A stretch of DNA of 63,549 nt, counting the filler, from Vannella sp. (lineage: Eukaryota): the NCBI GenBank assembly GCA_023345925.1. It is 7 parts of 7 records of this genome, joined end to end, with 100 filler letters (N's around TTAATTAATTAA, not from the genome) between each part and the next. Parts side by side here need not be neighbours in the genome. Positions count along the whole stretch, not along the records: positions 5,444 to 17,145 come from JAJQQN010001293.1; positions 17,246 to 27,907 come from JAJQQN010000116.1; 5 more parts are not named here. One strand, written 5' to 3'. Positions 11,813-22,896 of the stretch are shown here, piece after piece. Numbering within the stretch: the first letter of the stretch is position 1; every line of letters starts with the position of its first letter. Below the pieces are notes generated by a model. The model was not told the DNA's origin, did not search any database, and worked only from the letters and a program-made list of their open reading frames with translations. The translations under genes and the position numbers were made by a program.

Positions 11813-14361
11813 ATGTCGGTTGGTTGGACATGTTTGTTGGTGTTGAGTCTGATCACGGGATAGGAAGCGCTGGTCATCATCCTTGATGTCAGCACAACTA
11901 TGATCTCTGGTGGATCAACGACAACACTGGAAGGAGCGATACAGACAGCAAGTCTCCTGGTGCAGCAAAAGATCCTTTTCAAGCCGAAGGATGAAATAGG
12001 ATTGGTTCTCTTTGGCACCAAAGGTACTTATCCTCTCCTTCTGATGTCAAGGATATCCATTCAATGGTAATGTCCAGAAACGCGCAACTCCTTGCAGGAC
12101 TCTGGATACGAGCACATCTTTGTGGAGCGTGACATCTCCATTCCCGACGTTGAGCTCCTCCAACAGATTCAACAGATCGAGCCAGGCACAGCTGAGGGCG
12201 ATTGTAAGTCAGGTCTGATATGAAGCAATGTCCAGTAACTCTGAGGCAGTGATTGATGCTCTGGTGGTGGGAATGGACATGTTGGTGACAAAGATTCAAG
12301 CGGCAGGAAAGAAAAAGCTTTCTCCTCGACTCTTTCTGGTTACGAACGCAGCTTCTCCGTCCAATACGGATTCCCTGGAAGTTGTTTTGAGCCAGTTACA
12401 GAAGATGGAGGCCAGATTGAACATTATGTGAGCAGATTTCCCGGCCTGAAGCGCTTGTGACTGATACTTCCCAGTGGTATTGACTTCCAGAGGACAACAG
12501 AAGACCTGGATGATGAAGAGATGTCTGACCTGGCACCAAATGAGGACGAGTTGGATGTGAAGAAGCGAAACGAAGCGCTTTTGCTCCACATTGCCAACGA
12601 AATCAACGGAGTCGTTCTCTCACTCCCCAAAGCACTCGAAGAGATGTCCCAACTGAGAGCACCTGGCGTTCTACAGCGCCCCGTCTTCCAAGGACTGTTC
12701 GAAGTGACAGAGGAAATGCAATTCCGCGTTAAAGTGTTCCTGAAGACCAAGCGCCAAGCTTTCCCCACCATGAAGAAGGTTTCCCTTGTGGCACAGAAAA
12801 TGGAGGATCCGGACACGGACGAAGTGGAAATGGACCGAACCTATTGCTCTATTGAAGACCTGGACACTCCTATCAATAAGGCAGACATTGTCAAAGGCTA
12901 CAAATACGGTCGAAGTCTTGTGCCAATCACCAAGATCGATGAATCGGTGCTCAAGTACTCTTGCGTTAAGTGCTTGCAGCTGATTGGGTTCACCAAAGCT
13001 TCGAATGTGTCCCGGCACCACTATTTGGGGAGTACAGAGGTGGTTTCTCCTTTGAGTGGGGATGAGAAGGCGATTGTCGCTATGTCTGCCCTTGTTCGTG
13101 CGATGGTTGAGACAGAAAGCATCGGAATTGCTCGCTATTGCCCTCGCGCCGACTCGGTGAAGATTGTGGCGCTTGTTCCACATGTCTCTGCGGACCAAGA
13201 AGATCTTTATTTGCATCAGCTCCCTTTTGCTGATGACTTGCGACACTTTCCTTTCCCCCCTTTGGACCCCAAACGCGCGAGATCTTCCATTGTCCCCACT
13301 CAGGATCAACTCAGTGCAGTAGACGACCTAATTGACCAACTTGACCTCAGTCAAGCTGGAGAAAACGAGGAGGGGTAAGCAGGATCCTTTCCCATTGCTA
13401 CTTCTCACTCCCAATTCATTTCTTCAGCGAACCTATTGAACTGTTGAAGCCAAAGGAAACCTTTAATCCGGTGCAACAGCACTTTTACCAAATCATCAAG
13501 ACCAAAGCGTTGCATCCTGAAAGTGAGAAATCTCTCATTTAGGGACATTAGGTTAACTCCCATTCGTAGTGCCCATCCCTAAGATGGACCAAGTCATTGA
13601 GAGGATCGTTTTACCGAACCAGACACTTTTTGAGCAAGCTGCAACAGCTTTCAGTAGAGTGGAAGAGCTGTTTGCTCTTGAACTATCGAATCCCCAGGAG
13701 AAGAAAAGAACTCGTTATTGGGCTGATTCAAATGTGGACGAGCTTCGATTGGAGAGTTATGCGATTGATGAGGACGACTCTGGCAAGAAGAAAGGGGCGG
13801 AGGGTCTTACAGCGGATCCATCCCTTTCTATTGATGCAATCATTGCGGGCGGAATCTCTGATGTGGGTCCGATTGAGCCTGCTAAAGACTTCCAACAGAT
13901 GATTGCTAGACGCGATGTGGACTTGGTAGACAAGGCGATTGAACAGCTCAAAGACCGAATCATTCAAATTCTGAACGACTCTGTCAAAGACCAATTGTAT
14001 CCCAAAGCGTTGGGGTGCATTAAGGTACTCCGATTGGGTTGCGTGCAAGAGGAGGAACCAGCAGCTTTCAATACCTTCCTGCGTCTCCTCCGTTCCATGC
14101 ATGAAGGAAAGCGCCACAATTCATTCTGGGAGTTGCTCCTTTCTGCTGGCATCTCTCTCATCCACGAAGAAGAATGCGAAGAAAGTGATGTTTCCAAAGA
14201 GGAATCTGAGAAGGTGAGGCAGTTAACAGACATTTGCGGTTCACTTCCACTAACGATAGCTTTTGTATCAGTTCGTGGTAGTCACAAAAGCGGCTCCGGT
14301 TCTCTCTTCTGTCTCTTCCAACAGCAACGATGTGGATGATCTCTTTGACCTCATTGAATAG
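11813..14361 (+). CDS. XRCC5: Ku80 (vWA, Ku core, C-terminal domain), spliced
   Basis: EALVIILDVS, KPKDEIGLVLFGT, KGYKYGRSLVP, QLPFADDLR, FNPVQQ, C-terminal DVDDLFDLIE (DNA-PKcs-binding-like tail). Confidence 0.92.
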
Positions 14362-14529
14362 ACAACACAAGCCCGCCATCATACCTACAACAAGCACCAT
14401 AAAGAAAGGCTCCAAAGACTGAACGAGGAGAAAGAGAGTAACTCACTATTTCACTTCGAAAAGTGAATGACAGTAGAATCACCCGCCACCAGCTCGCACT
14501 GGCCAGGGAGTTCGGACACCCGGAGGTGA

Positions 14530-14621
14530 AAATCACCCGATGAAAGTTGTGCCTGATACGACCGCGTTAACCACTCCGCCACACCATCCGTAGACAGCGC
14601 CAGGATTCGAACCTGGGATTT
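14530..14621 (-). ncRNA. Circularly permuted tRNA(Leu/Ser class II)-like element, anticodon-position CAG
   Basis: Minus-strand order: T-arm CCAGG-TTCGAAT-CCTGG, acceptor CGCTGTC-TACG-GATGGTG, TG, D-arm GCG-GAGTGGTTAA-CGC, G, GTCGT-ATCAGGC-ACAAC. Confidence 0.75.
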
Positions 14622-14754
14622 GTGGGCGCCTCCCTCCCCTTCGGAGAGCTTTTCCTGAGCATTCAAAGCAAAAAGAGGATCATAGCTTCTGGCTAGCAAT
14701 GATTCTGCGACTTTTCTCAGGAGGAAGGCCTTTGGAGGATCATTTCATGGTGGA

Positions 14755-15717
14755 ATGTCGGTCGAGGCGTTGGAACTCATTTTGCCTTTTGTGGGAGACT
14801 TGCGCCCTCTGAGGCTGGTTTGTAAAGAGTGGAATGTTGTGTGTATGTCGGAGGGGCTTTGGGAACGATGCTTCGTGGAGGAGTTTGGAGGTTCGAGCCT
14901 CCTTCAATGTCGGGACCTCCTTCACAAGGCCATTCCTCGGCCTAACTCCTTCGTTTGGTTTCAATGCTGCCAGAAGCTTAAGCATATCATTGGCCATAGA
15001 CTTATACGTAACATCATGACCGAAGAAGATCTGGGAGACCCGTCTTCTGCAATAACTGTTCTCCTTCACCTCGAACTCTGCCGTTCCTTCGTTGGCTTCC
15101 CCGATCCGGAGACTTCTTCCGTCTTCTCAACACCAGAGAGCTTCCTCTTTCACTACACACAAGATGAGGTCATCTCCTTCGTGGTCCGCTACAACCTGAA
15201 CGAAATGAGAATGTCCCGCCGTCTCTTGAAGGCCACAACCATGCGCAGGAGCCTTACAGACACAGAAGTCATCATCACTCTTAGTACCATACTTAGAGGC
15301 AAGCTACGTGTCCAGCTCTTCCTCCTTCGCGAGCTCTTCGAGCACATGTGCGGCGCTGTCAACGCTAGTCGACTGGACCAAGCTTTCTTTGCCTCCTACG
15401 CCAGCGTCTTCGCTACCTACCTTCGCAAACCTAACAAGGATACTCCTGACAACACCTGGATCCTCTTACGGTCCCAACTGCGCTTTGTAGTGACGGACAA
15501 AGACTCACTTCGACGAGCGGTCATCCACATTCTGTGGGAACATTCCAAAGGTATCCGTATTGCGCTGTTCCGGGCCAAATTTGAGCGCTGTACTGGACTT
15601 TCGTTTGGTCTATGTACAAATAAGTCTCTAAAGAAGTATATGACGACCATGGGGGAGGTCATGATGGACGGTCAAAAGATCTTTCTCGTTGACCGGTCCA
15701 AGTCACTATTGAGGTGA
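14755..15717 (+). CDS. F-box protein, intronless
   Basis: N-terminal EALELILPFV..LRPLRLVCKEWNVVCMSEGLWER F-box pattern. Confidence 0.75.
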   Translation: MSVEALELILPFVGDLRPLRLVCKEWNVVCMSEGLWERCFVEEFGGSSLLQCRDLLHKAIPRPNSFVWFQCCQKLKHIIGHRLIRNIMTEEDLGDPSSAITVLLHLELCRSFVGFPDPETSSVFSTPESFLFHYTQDEVISFVVRYNLNEMRMSRRLLKATTMRRSLTDTEVIITLSTILRGKLRVQLFLLRELFEHMCGAVNASRLDQAFFASYASVFATYLRKPNKDTPDNTWILLRSQLRFVVTDKDSLRRAVIHILWEHSKGIRIALFRAKFERCTGLSFGLCTNKSLKKYMTTMGEVMMDGQKIFLVDRSKSLLR

Positions 15718-15761
15718 CTGTGAATACAAGTTTGGCGCTTCCATAGTGACTTTGGCGATGT

Positions 15762-16550
15762 TTAATCACTCTCAGAGTCACTCTCAGAGTCGCTCTCTCC
15801 GCTTTCACTGCCGCTTTCACTGCCGCTTTCGCTGCCACTCTCACTCCCGCTCTCACTCTCGTTTGCTGGTACTGCTGCGAGGTTCGTGGGTACCGTCTTC
15901 CCTGCTGTAGAAGGGGGCTTCATCTGTGCGACAAGCTGTGCTTGGAACTCATCTCCTGAAGAGTCGCTGTCAGACTCCAAGTCCATTGCATCAGTGCTCT
16001 TGGGGATGGACTGAGCGGGAGAAGTCTTGGCAGTGCTTAGCGCCTTGGGAGTACTCAGCGCCTTGGGAGTACTCAGAGCCTTGGGAGTACTCAGCGCCTT
16101 GGGAGGCGCTTTCTGAGCCACGGAAGGGGCACGAGTGGGGGCGCTCTTTTGGGTGATTGGTGGGGAAGATATAGGGCGGTTGGGAACGTGTGTGATGACG
16201 TTAATGGATAGCGCTTCCGTGCTCTCGGATAAGGAAGAGGCAAAGGTGGTGGGACTGGAGGAGAAATTCAGTCGCAAGCCGGTTGTGGCAGAGGTGAGGG
16301 GCTCGAGGGTGAAGTTCTCTCCATCAAACACAAGCAGACATTCCTCTGGTTTGCATAGTTGGCGAGTCCCCTTCCCTATCAGGTAAGGATTCTTCGGGTT
16401 TCCCTAACACGAGTTACTCTAGCTCGAATGCTCCTTGGTAGGACTTCTTACGGATGGTAGCTCCGCGCAAATGTCGTTTCTAGGATCCTTACGTATGAAT
16501 AACTGACCCTTCTCCTTCAGCGTCTTCTTCGGCTTGTGCTGATCTGCCAT
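15762..16550 (-). CDS. Probable ELL-associated factor (EAF)-like protein with low-complexity S/E/D tail, spliced
   Basis: ACVFDGENFTLEPLTS resembles the EAF-domain motif; acidic Ser-rich C-terminus. Confidence 0.5.
16039..16105. repeat. 18-bp coding tandem repeat (~4x KALSTP); a 12-bp SESG repeat lies at ~15766-15860
   Basis: AGCGCCTTGGGAGTACTC units. Confidence 0.85.
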
Positions 16551-16760
16551 CCTCACGTCAGAATCCGTTCCCCCTTCCCTCCCTCCCTCACCTACACTTG
16601 AGTGTGTGGTAGGTAGGTCGACTAGTAGGCTCCTCCCACGCACGGCTCAAAACAACCGGATAGGACCGCCCAATCTCCGGCATGAGTCCCTTTGGCGTTG
16701 CCATCCCCAAGCCGCCCAAAACAAATGAAACTTTGAGGCGCCAAAGACTCCCATTCTCGC

Positions 16761-17145
16761 ATGGCGCTCCGGCAAGCTACACGCACGCTGCTTCTATCAC
16801 GAAGTAGCATTCAGCTATCACTGGGGGCGCAAGGAAGAGGAAGTTTGGGGAAATCGTCATTCTTTGGGGCTCCGCTGGGAAGGGAAATGTCTTCCTTTCC
16901 CATCAAGAAGACCACGGAGGAGTGGAAAGCTGTGTTAACACCTGATGAGTATCAAGTGTTGAGGAACAAAGGAACGGAGAGAGGTGGAACGGGAGAGTAC
17001 AACAAGTTCTACCCTGACGAAGGCCACTTCCAGTGCCGTGGCTGTTCCCATCCTCTTTACTCTGCTGCATCCAAGTTCAACAGTGGCTGTGGTTGGCCTG
17101 CTTTCGATAAGTGCTACAAAGGGAGCGTGACTATCGAGGTAGACA
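16761..17145 (+). CDS. MSRB: Methionine sulfoxide reductase B with mitochondrial-type presequence; 3'-truncated
   Basis: EWKAVLTPDEYQVLRNKGTE, CRGC, KFNSGCGWPAF. Confidence 0.92.
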
Positions 17146-17245
17146 NNNNNNNNNNNNNNNNNNNNNNNNNNNNNNNNNNNNNNNNNNNNTTAATTAATTA
17201 ANNNNNNNNNNNNNNNNNNNNNNNNNNNNNNNNNNNNNNNNNNNN
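17146..17245. other. Artificial contig linker
   Basis: N44-TTAATTAATTAA-N44. Confidence 0.98.
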
Positions 17246-17598
17246 CCAACCAGCCCGGCCAACCTCACACAAGCCGCCATAAATTGCCTAGTTTATGCTT
17301 TGCTTCTAATCTATTCTATCCCAATCCTCAAAATGGAGGGAGAATGGAATGGGATTGCAAAAATTCTCAAAAACATGTTACAAAGTAGGTAACAGTGCTT
17401 TGAAGGTCAACGTGTTATGTTGATGGTGTTAGCTAACTTGAAACTCACTTATCGTTCCTTGTTACAAGTCAACCTCCTGGGTAAGGACTAATTGCTAACA
17501 TAAAGTGGCGAATGGGGATCAGGTCGTGTAATTTGCCTATTATGGGATGCGCTACCGTGGAAGAAAATAACTTATTTATGAGCAAGCCACGAAGGAGG

Positions 17599-19443
17599 TT
17601 ACAACAAGAGCACCAGAAGAGTGACCATGCTAGACAGGAGCCACAAAGAGGGAGAGACAACTGAACCTGGGTTCCCAGGGAACATACTTGAGTACTGAGA
17701 GAGAGTGTCGTGCTTATTTCGTGGCTCAGTAGAGTCAATAGTATCAAAAACAAAGATAGTCGAAAGGTCCAGCTTTGGAACAGGTGGCAAAGCGTTGCTA
17801 CTAAACTGGACGGAAGCTGTTCCAGAATAGCTCTGGCCCAACCCAAAGTTAGGAATAAGGCCAGTGCCCCATGGATCAGCAAAGCCGAAGATCTCCTGGG
17901 ATCTCTCAATTGTTTCCTGGCGCTCAGCGCCATAGTCAACAGGAATGAGGCGCCCAATGCACTTGAGGTCCAAAAGGGATGCATTCCAGGAGCCAGGTCC
18001 CTGGTTGAAGAATTGGCTCATCAAGTCGAATCCACACTGTCTTCCATCTGAAGTGGGTGTAGATCGAATAGCCATGTGGCCCCCAAATGGAATCTGAACG
18101 AACTTTTGGCTGACACCATCGAAAACATCGCCTAGATGGGCCGAATAACCCGAATCAGAGACAAAGTCAAACTCTCCACTCAATATAAGAGCGGGCACTG
18201 TGCTTCGACTAAACTGGTAAGAGTTAAACCCTGCAGCGTTGCCTTTCGATGGCCAAGTGCGTGCCAAGTCAGCAATAAAGCTCGGTTCGTAATTCGAGAA
18301 GATAAACTGCTGGCTCAACGCCAAGAGCTCCTGAGAAGATGGCTGGAAGCCTTTGCGAACACGGAGAAATTCTGTAACGTCAATCTGATTGCGGAAGACG
18401 TAGCTTTGCCCCTCCTCACGCTGCTCGGTGGCATTGGGACCAAAATAGAAGAATCCTTCGAAGAGTCTCAGGCCGTTGCGTAGGTAGATAAAGTCCTCCG
18501 AGTTACAGCGAAGAAGACGCACAGACACTGGTAGAAGGAGAGCACGGTAGCGCGCGTCGCTGGCCATGTTATGGAAGATGCTTTGGAGGTTCTGGCGCGT
18601 TAACTCGAGTTGTGAAGGGCAACTCAAGTCACGGAAGTTGCTAAACACAGTGGATACGATCTTCTCCGGGTCAAGCAGCTCCAAGCGCGTGCGACACGAG
18701 AGGAAGTTAGTGCAGCGGTCCACAAAGCGCAAACCAATGCGCTGAGCATTCTTGTCGCTATCTGTGAGAGTCGGATACATGAAAGAGTCAAACACAACTG
18801 CATCAGCAATGGTAGGATCCAGAATCAACAGCTGGTTAAGGACAAAGGCACCGTAACCACTGCCATAGAAGAGAGTGCTGCTCCCCGCTCCTGAGCTTGC
18901 CTTGACAAGGTCTACGACAACTTTGTAGTCGTTCACTACCGCAAAGGTATTGAAGTAGTCCAATGTGGAGCCCAGAGAGGCCTCCAGGTCGGCGGTACAG
19001 TCACCAGTGAGTGGTTCTAGGAGGGAGCCAGCGGCAGCAGGACAGCGCAAAGAAGGGACCGATTGACCAGTACCACGGTGGTCCATCACGTAAAGGGTGT
19101 AGCGGCCATTAAGGGCATCGCGAATGGGATCAACGAGCTGGTTGTACATCGAACTGGACCGCCCTGGACCATCAGGAATGAGCCACAACGCGTTCTCAGT
19201 GTCTCCACGAACGCGCTTCAGGAAGATAGAAACTTGGCCCTTCCCCGTTGCGTAATCACCAACCACATTGAAGGAAGCGCACTCCACCCTCGACTGTCCC
19301 CTTCGTCAGGTCTCACGAGTCCCAATAAGCGCCCTACTTACCACACCATTGAATCCATCACAAGAGGACCAACTAAGAGCCTGCCCGCACACTGGAGAGC
19401 AAACAAGAAGGATCCCCACCAACAGCGCCACACTCGGCCCCAT
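17599..19443 (-). CDS. Secreted, probably GPI-anchored alpha/beta hydrolase (S33 TAP-like), 1 intron
   Basis: Signal peptide MGPSVALLVGILL, WSSC, ECA, PDGPG, DHRGTGQS, GEFD, GGH; S/T-rich spacer and hydrophobic C-terminus. Confidence 0.78.
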
Positions 19444-19457
19444 CCCAACAACAAATG

Positions 19458-19462
19458 ATTGG
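19458..19462 (-). promoter_or_regulatory. CCAAT box (CCAATC) in a 62-bp divergent intergenic; the motif recurs in other promoter gaps
   Basis: CCAATC/GATTGG also at 20479, 20496, 20537, 22834, 37452, 42021, 42051 and 54851, all just upstream of start codons. Confidence 0.5.
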
Positions 19463-19505
19463 CTTAAAAAGGTCCCCGTAGCCATTGTTTCACTCGTCTT
19501 CAAGG

Positions 19506-20438
19506 ATGCAAGCGAAGAGGATCATCATCGCGGGGGGAACTGGCTCTGTGGGGCAGTCTTTGCAGAATCACTTTCGCCAGCAAGCTTTGGTGAAGGCAGG
19601 GGAGACTGTGAGCTTTGTGGTGTTGACGCGGAGCAAGAGAGGGACCTTGTGTTCTCCTGGCTTGTCGTTTATGACGTGGGATGAGCTCAAGCGCGATGGC
19701 CTTCCTGATTGCCATGCGGTTGTCAATCTGACTGGCGCTAACATCGTACAGAGTCTTTGGAGCAAGACTGGACGAGTCTACTCCTCACGGATTGATACTA
19801 CGCGCACTTTGGTCGATGCCATGACCAAGAACCCTCCCAAGGCCTTCGTCTCGGGGTCTGCCGTTGGCATCTACCCTAACAACACCAAAGAACCCTTTGA
19901 TGAGTACTCCCCACTCACTCCCTACGACCAGATGGGCTTTGCCCAGCAACTCGTGTTCGATTGGGAGGCTGAAGCTGAGAAGGCACGCAGTATCCCTGGC
20001 CTGACTACTACAGTACTTCGGATAAGCTTTGTTCTTGGTCCCAAGCAGAACGGAGTGAAGGCGATGATGCTCCCGCTTGGTTTGGTCGGTATCAGTCGTA
20101 TGGGAACAGGGGAGCAGCCTTTCCCATGGATTCATGAGATCGATCTTGCTGAGATGATCTTCCACGCAGCCATGGACCCTGACGCCAAGGGAGGTGTTGT
20201 AAACGCCGTTGCGCCCCAACAGATCAACCAGGCTCAGTTCTGTACTCTCCTTAACCGTGCTACCGGAACTCTTTACAACGTACCTGTTCCTGGTGCACTT
20301 CTCAAACCCTTGGGAGAGAAGGCGAGTCTCCTTTTAGATGGACCCAATGTTGTGAGCAAGTCCCTCTCCTCGACCCTCCCTTCCTTCTCCTTCTTCTACC
20401 CAACACTTCACAAAGCCTTCGATAACACCAAGTTCTAA
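19506..20438 (+). CDS. SDR39U1: Epimerase-family SDR (SDR39U1/YfcH-like)
   Basis: IIIAGGTGSVG, AVVNLTG, SRIDTT, SGSAVGIY, GTGEQPFPWIH, NAVAP. Confidence 0.88.
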   Translation: MQAKRIIIAGGTGSVGQSLQNHFRQQALVKAGETVSFVVLTRSKRGTLCSPGLSFMTWDELKRDGLPDCHAVVNLTGANIVQSLWSKTGRVYSSRIDTTRTLVDAMTKNPPKAFVSGSAVGIYPNNTKEPFDEYSPLTPYDQMGFAQQLVFDWEAEAEKARSIPGLTTTVLRISFVLGPKQNGVKAMMLPLGLVGISRMGTGEQPFPWIHEIDLAEMIFHAAMDPDAKGGVVNAVAPQQINQAQFCTLLNRATGTLYNVPVPGALLKPLGEKASLLLDGPNVVSKSLSSTLPSFSFFYPTLHKAFDNTKF

Positions 20439-20644
20439 CTTATCCCTTCCCAACTTGATTAAAGTCCTCTCACACATGATTGGTTGTTGAATGGACCAAT
20501 CATAATCCCCTCGACACTGGCGGTTGGAGATTTCTGATTGGTCGATTCAGTTCAGTTACATTCTTAAGAGGCTGAAGAAACTAGAAATCCCTTACCCTTT
20601 GAATCCAATTCGCCAGAAGGTCAGTTGCCGGGCGGGAGAAGGGA

Positions 20645-21727
20645 ATGGCGTCGGAGCTCGATGTACAGATCGAGCAGCTCCGTCGATGCGAGACGATTAC
20701 AGAAAAGCAAGTGAAGGCTCTTTGCGAGAAGGCGCAGGAGATTCTCATGGAGGAGTCGAACGTGCAGCGCGTGGATGCTCCTGTCACAGTAGGAGGCCGA
20801 AGAGGGCGGTTGGTAGCTGGCTTACTCGTACCTTAGGTTTGTGGGGACATCCACGGACAGTTCTACGATCTCAAAGAGCTGTTTAAAGTGGGAGGCGACT
20901 GTCCAGATACCAACTACCTCTTCATGGGCGATTTCGTGGACCGAGGCTTCTACTCTGTCGAGACCTTTCTACTCCTTCTTGCGCTGAAGGTGGGTCACTA
21001 CAAGGATAGCTCATCTATTTTTATGGATTTAACAGGGAGGGGCTGGACTTGCAGGTGCGCTATCCTGACCGCATCACTCTGATCCGCGGAAACCACGAAT
21101 GCAGGCAGATCACGCAAGTTTATGGGTTCTACGACGAGTGTCTGAGAAAGTACGGTTCTGTGAATGTGTGGCGCTACTGCACGGAGGTGTTTGACTACCT
21201 CTCCCTGTCAGCCCTCATTGACAACACGATCTTCTGCGTGCATGGCGGCCTTTCGCCTGCTATCAACACAATCGATCAGATCCGTCTGATTGACCGAAAG
21301 CAAGAGGTCCCCCACGACGGCCCTATGTGCGACTTGCTGTGGTCCGATCCCGAGGAACTTGGCGGATGGTCCATGAGCCCTCGTGGCGCTGGCTATCTGT
21401 TTGGTGAAGAGGTGGTCAGCCAGTTCAATCAAGCGAACAACTTAACACTGATTGCGCGAGCACATCAGCTCGTCATGGAAGGGTACAAGTATATGTTCTC
21501 CGAGTCCTTGGTCACTGTCTGGTCCGCTCCAAACTATTGCTATCGCTGTGGGAATGTTGCTGCAGTTCTCCAGCTCGACGAGAACCTTAATAGGAAGTTC
21601 AACGTCTTCGACGCTGCTCCCACTGTAAGTCACACCAAACCTTCTCTCAGAGGGCTCTTTCGCTCACCTCTCTCAGGAATCGCGCTCCGTTCCACAGAAG
21701 AAGACCGCCCCTGACTACTTCTTGTAG
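20645..21727 (+). CDS. PPP4C: Ser/Thr protein phosphatase 4 catalytic subunit, 3 introns
   Basis: [40 protein letters not shown]-terminal DYFL. Confidence 0.9.
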
Positions 21728-21893
21728 TCCCAAACCTCGCTTGGATGTGCATTAATAATAACCTTACCCCTCTCCTTCCCTCTCTGCTCGACCCTCTTCC
21801 CAACTCAGTCCCCAAGGAAAGAGACATTTCTGAGCACCATAACTGAGCAAGGACCAGCGACAGGGAGTTGAAGTGTGGGTGGGGCAGGAAGGA

Positions 21894-22698
21894 TTAGATC
21901 GTGTTTATGAGTTCGACAAGAGAACATTCCTGGCACGAGAAAATGGCCAAGCTTTGGCCTGTGCTAGATATATGGCTAGAGAAGTCTGCTGCACGACTTC
22001 TGCAGGTTTCACTGGAACGAGAATGAGTGAATGAGTGAGTGAATGACACGGAGGGTCTCTTTCTCTCTTTGTGACAGACTCACCTGTGTTCTGTGACCAC
22101 GGCAGAGGCTCGTTGGAAGAGACACTGGATTGGGTCTTGTTCTCCGTCGCTCATTTGGTCTCCGCTGTGGTTCCAGGCGAGTTGGAAGCCACAACCTCGA
22201 CATTGGATCATATTTCCTTCTGCGGTGAGCAGATTCCTCTTACAGAGTAGGCCTGGCAGTTGTTGTTAGGATGCAGCCACACGACCATCGATAGCATTGG
22301 ATCATACAGGGTACCTGGTCAGAGGTGGGGTCAGAAGGCTCTTCCGGAAGGGAAGAGCCGTCATCCCAGTACTGTTCCTGAGCGGAGAGGTACTCCTGGA
22401 ACAAGATCTCCTCTAGATCATGAACAATATGATTAAACTCCTCTGTTGTGAGCTGGTGGGACTCAGAAAGGGCTCTCTCCTCTGAGCGGATGGCTTCCAA
22501 CTCCAACCGGAGGGCGTCGCTGATTTCCTCCTCCGTGGGAGGCACGTCCGCTTTCCTCAGATGCTGCATCTTTTCCTTTCTCTTCTTCTTCAACGTGTCA
22601 AGGCAGCGAGCCCGCACATTTTCCTTCCACTTGTCTGCTCCCCAGCTCTCCCCAGCGCTCTTCACCTGCTTCCTCCGATTCATCCCACCAAATGGCAT
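21894..22698 (-). CDS. RPAIN: RPA-interacting protein (RPAIN)-like, spliced
   Basis: WKENVRARCLDTLKKKR N-terminal motif, acidic middle, Cys-rich C-terminus (CQEC). Confidence 0.55.
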
Positions 22699-22896
22699 TT
22701 AGTTCCCCAATGGCGTCATTTGCTTCCCTCCCTTGGTGACCAGCCAACCCCTCATTCGCTCTCTTTCGTTCGGAAGAAGTGATTCCCGATCTTAACGCAA
22801 ATTCCAGGAATCATCGACTTGAGTTGGAATCAGCCAATCATCGTCTGGGAGGGAGAGGCGCAGTAAGAGCTCCCTTTCGTCATTTTCCTTCTCCCC

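Noticed and set aside
14551..14557. CAG anticodon in a Ser-like tRNA body suggesting CUG reassignment, or TCA suggesting tRNA-Sec
   Set aside because: CTG sits at conserved Leu positions (e.g. RPLSYP in Rho); the loop register and D/acceptor arms do not fit tRNA-Sec
14430..14660. RNase P/MRP assignment from GGAAAAGCTC ... GTGAGTTAC
   Set aside because: The P4 pairing is imperfect and no clear P3, CR-II/III or GARAR element was found; left unassigned
16039..16105. Tandem repeats as CRISPR or mobile-element ends
   Set aside because: No spacers; in-frame low-complexity coding repeat in a eukaryotic gene
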